A DNA stretch of 63,480 bases, the filler included, from Choristocarpus tenellus KU-1152 (Eukaryota; Protista; Phaeophyceae): assembly GCA_964200185.2 (NCBI GenBank). It is 12 parts of 12 records of this genome, joined end to end, with 100 filler letters (N's around TTAATTAATTAA, not from the genome) between each part and the next. Parts side by side here need not be neighbours in the genome. Positions count along the whole stretch, not along the records: positions 60,711 to 63,480 come from CAXNAD020024895.1; 11 more parts are not named here. The stretch is one strand, 5' to 3'. Positions 61,584 to 63,480 of the stretch are shown here, piece after piece. The number at the start of each line of letters is the position of its first letter. The first letter of the stretch is position 1. The notes under the pieces were generated by a model that worked only from the letters and a program-made list of their open reading frames with translations, ran no database searches and had not been told where the DNA came from. Both the position numbers and the translations under genes were made by a program.

Positions 61584-62240
61584 TGTACTAAGTGAGTCCT
61601 ACCTCACTACATTGGTCCCCCAAAGCCACTGAGTTCTTCCTCCTTCTCTTTACGATATTTTCTTGTTTCTTTAACGTTTTTCGGTTGTTCTTCTGCATAC
61701 TCTTTTTTTTCTTTAGCAATACGTACTACATTCTCCTGTGTACCTTGCCAACAGGTGTGGGATCCCTTAGACAAATTTGAAACATAACAAAAACTTATGT
61801 AACACTCCCTTTCGTGTAATGTCCTCACGGGTCTGTTGTTCACAAACAATATTTTCTACATTAATATTGTCGTTTCGATCCCCTTCGATGCCCGACTTCT
61901 GCTCAAGGAAGTATGGTTTGAATAATCCAATGTTCCCTTGGCAAGGACCATGGTTTGTTCACCTCTACAGCCCTAACTGCCGCTGTATCACAAAAAATGA
62001 AAACCCAAAACAAGGTGGACAAGACTTCAATCCCAAAGGATGCCGAGTCGAATCTGGGGGCACAAGATCCACAAAAGGTAGAGTGACGAACGTTGGGATG
62101 ACTCAACCGTACTCACGTGGATGTTGGCATAAACGGAGGCAGTGGAATTAGCGGTATTGCAACAGGTTGTTACTACAATAGGTATTGCAAGAAGTGTGAT
62201 ATGAAATACAGTACTACAGTACGTAGAGCAAAACTTCTTA

Positions 62241-62485
62241 AGAGGTGGGCAGGCTTGGACCCTTTTGCATTCCAATCCAAATTCTTACCCCTCTGCAATT
62301 ACACTTTATTTCATTGGTTGATGTGCACAATAGTGCACGCAAATTGATAATCTCGTGTGTCACACACGAAGCGATACCACAATTCGGCAAAGGGTCTTCC
62401 TACAATTGTACACAATGAAATATTTTTCCCGTTCTTGGGATCCTTATGAAGCAACCCTGGGTGTCCTCTCAGTTGGTTTGACTCG
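62241..62485. mobile_element. Half copy (one arm plus loop) of the foldback element at 52812-53287
   Basis: ttcttacccctctgcaattacactttatttcattg...cttcctacaattgtaca...gatccttatgaagcaacc, then cctctcagttggtttgactcg, which is the reverse complement of the loop. Confidence 0.75.
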
Positions 62486-62494
62486 TAATGAAAA

Positions 62495-62749
62495 GAGTGA
62501 AATTATCTTAGAGGATACGAATTTCGCCCTGTTTGTTCCTTTGGGCTTGGATTCCACGGGTTTCTTATCAAAATTTCCTACTCTGAAATGTTTCGGAGTA
62601 GGTGAAATATATACGTTGTGAAAAGGTGCGTTCGAAACAAGGATATTGACACTTCCTAACAAACACGATAGCCAAAATTACATCAAAATCGCAACATTGG
62701 ATTTTGCCTCCAAATGGACGCGGCTCTACCCTCTGAGATACTTTGACTC
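62495..62749 (+). mobile_element. MITE family B, complete copy (255 bp), 4-bp TSD AAAA
   Basis: aaaa|GAGTGAAATTATCTTAGAGG ... CCTCTGAGATACTTTGACTC|aaaa. Confidence 0.88.
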
Positions 62750-63480
62750 AAAAGTATTCGGGGATGATAATTCATGTATTTAGCGGGTTATGAACTGACA
62801 ATATATCAATTAATTATAGGTTGAAGTTTCACATGGTCCAGACGTTTTCTACATCGTGATGGAGGTTTCTAACATTGTAAGTACTTCTTCCTAGCGATTC
62901 TTTCTAGAAACAACAGGTCCTAAACCAAACTCCACCATCCACATACAACAATAGGACCTTCCTCTTTTTAACCACCTCTCATTACCTTCACTAAAGGGGA
63001 ATGACTTGACGCGTCCATCTTTTCTTTCTATTTCTCCTCGTACTTATTACAAAGGGTGTAAAAACCGAACAAGAAGCACGGCAATGTGTACTGTACCTGA
63101 TCAAAAGCATCGGTGACAGTCAGCAATTTAAAGTAACGAGTAATATTTTTTCCGGAATACTTAACTATATGTTCCAACACTTTGTTGTTGCTTCTTGTCC
63201 CCCTCACACAACATGCCCAAAATTGTTGGTGGGCAAAACAAATTCCACCTATATTGACGTAATAAACCAAACACGATCCACCAGACACATTGAAAAGTTG
63301 TTCCTTATACTCTGGAGCATGTAGTGGGAGAAACTTTGCGTTCTTACGTCGGGTACGAAATAATTAGACATTACACATCACACAATCAAACTGAAGCTTC
63401 TCAGATTAATCAGTCAATTTCGCACAGATAGTTCGTTGAGAGGGGGGTTAGGGTTAAAGTTTGGCTCAAAGTATCTGGGG

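Overview
Eukaryotic nuclear DNA, most likely from a flagellated, plastid-bearing stramenopile (ochrophyte, brown alga or close relative; inferred from IFT81, RSPH9, FAM161, MGDG synthase and a bipartite plastid presequence). The window is not one locus: it is 12 short contigs joined by 11 artificial 100-bp linkers (N44-TTAATTAATTAA-N44), so gene neighbourhood across linkers carries no biological meaning. Two genes look complete after manual splicing: a heat-shock transcription factor (23835-26514, -) and a signal-anchor + ankyrin + JmjC protein (56519-58864, -). Partial intron-rich genes are IFT81 (with a GC-AG intron), the last exon of MGDG synthase, a SOS1/NHX7-like first exon, NSUN6-like, RSPH9-like, FAM161-like, plastid-targeted HOZ/HugZ-like, and three unknown low-complexity genes. 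Mobile DNA includes a dead mariner with a Stowaway-like TIR, several MITE families sharing an AAAGTATCT terminal motif with 4-bp TSDs (Sola2-like), a ~480-bp foldback element, an intronic tRNA-iMet primer-binding site with an LTR-like border, and an unclassified hairpin-bearing repeat. The most striking non-gene signal is a sharp CpG gradient: CpG-rich 5' ends and CpG-depleted gene bodies and repeats, which suggests CG methylation. I found no convincing wholly novel multi-gene system. All homology calls are from recalled motifs, not database searches.
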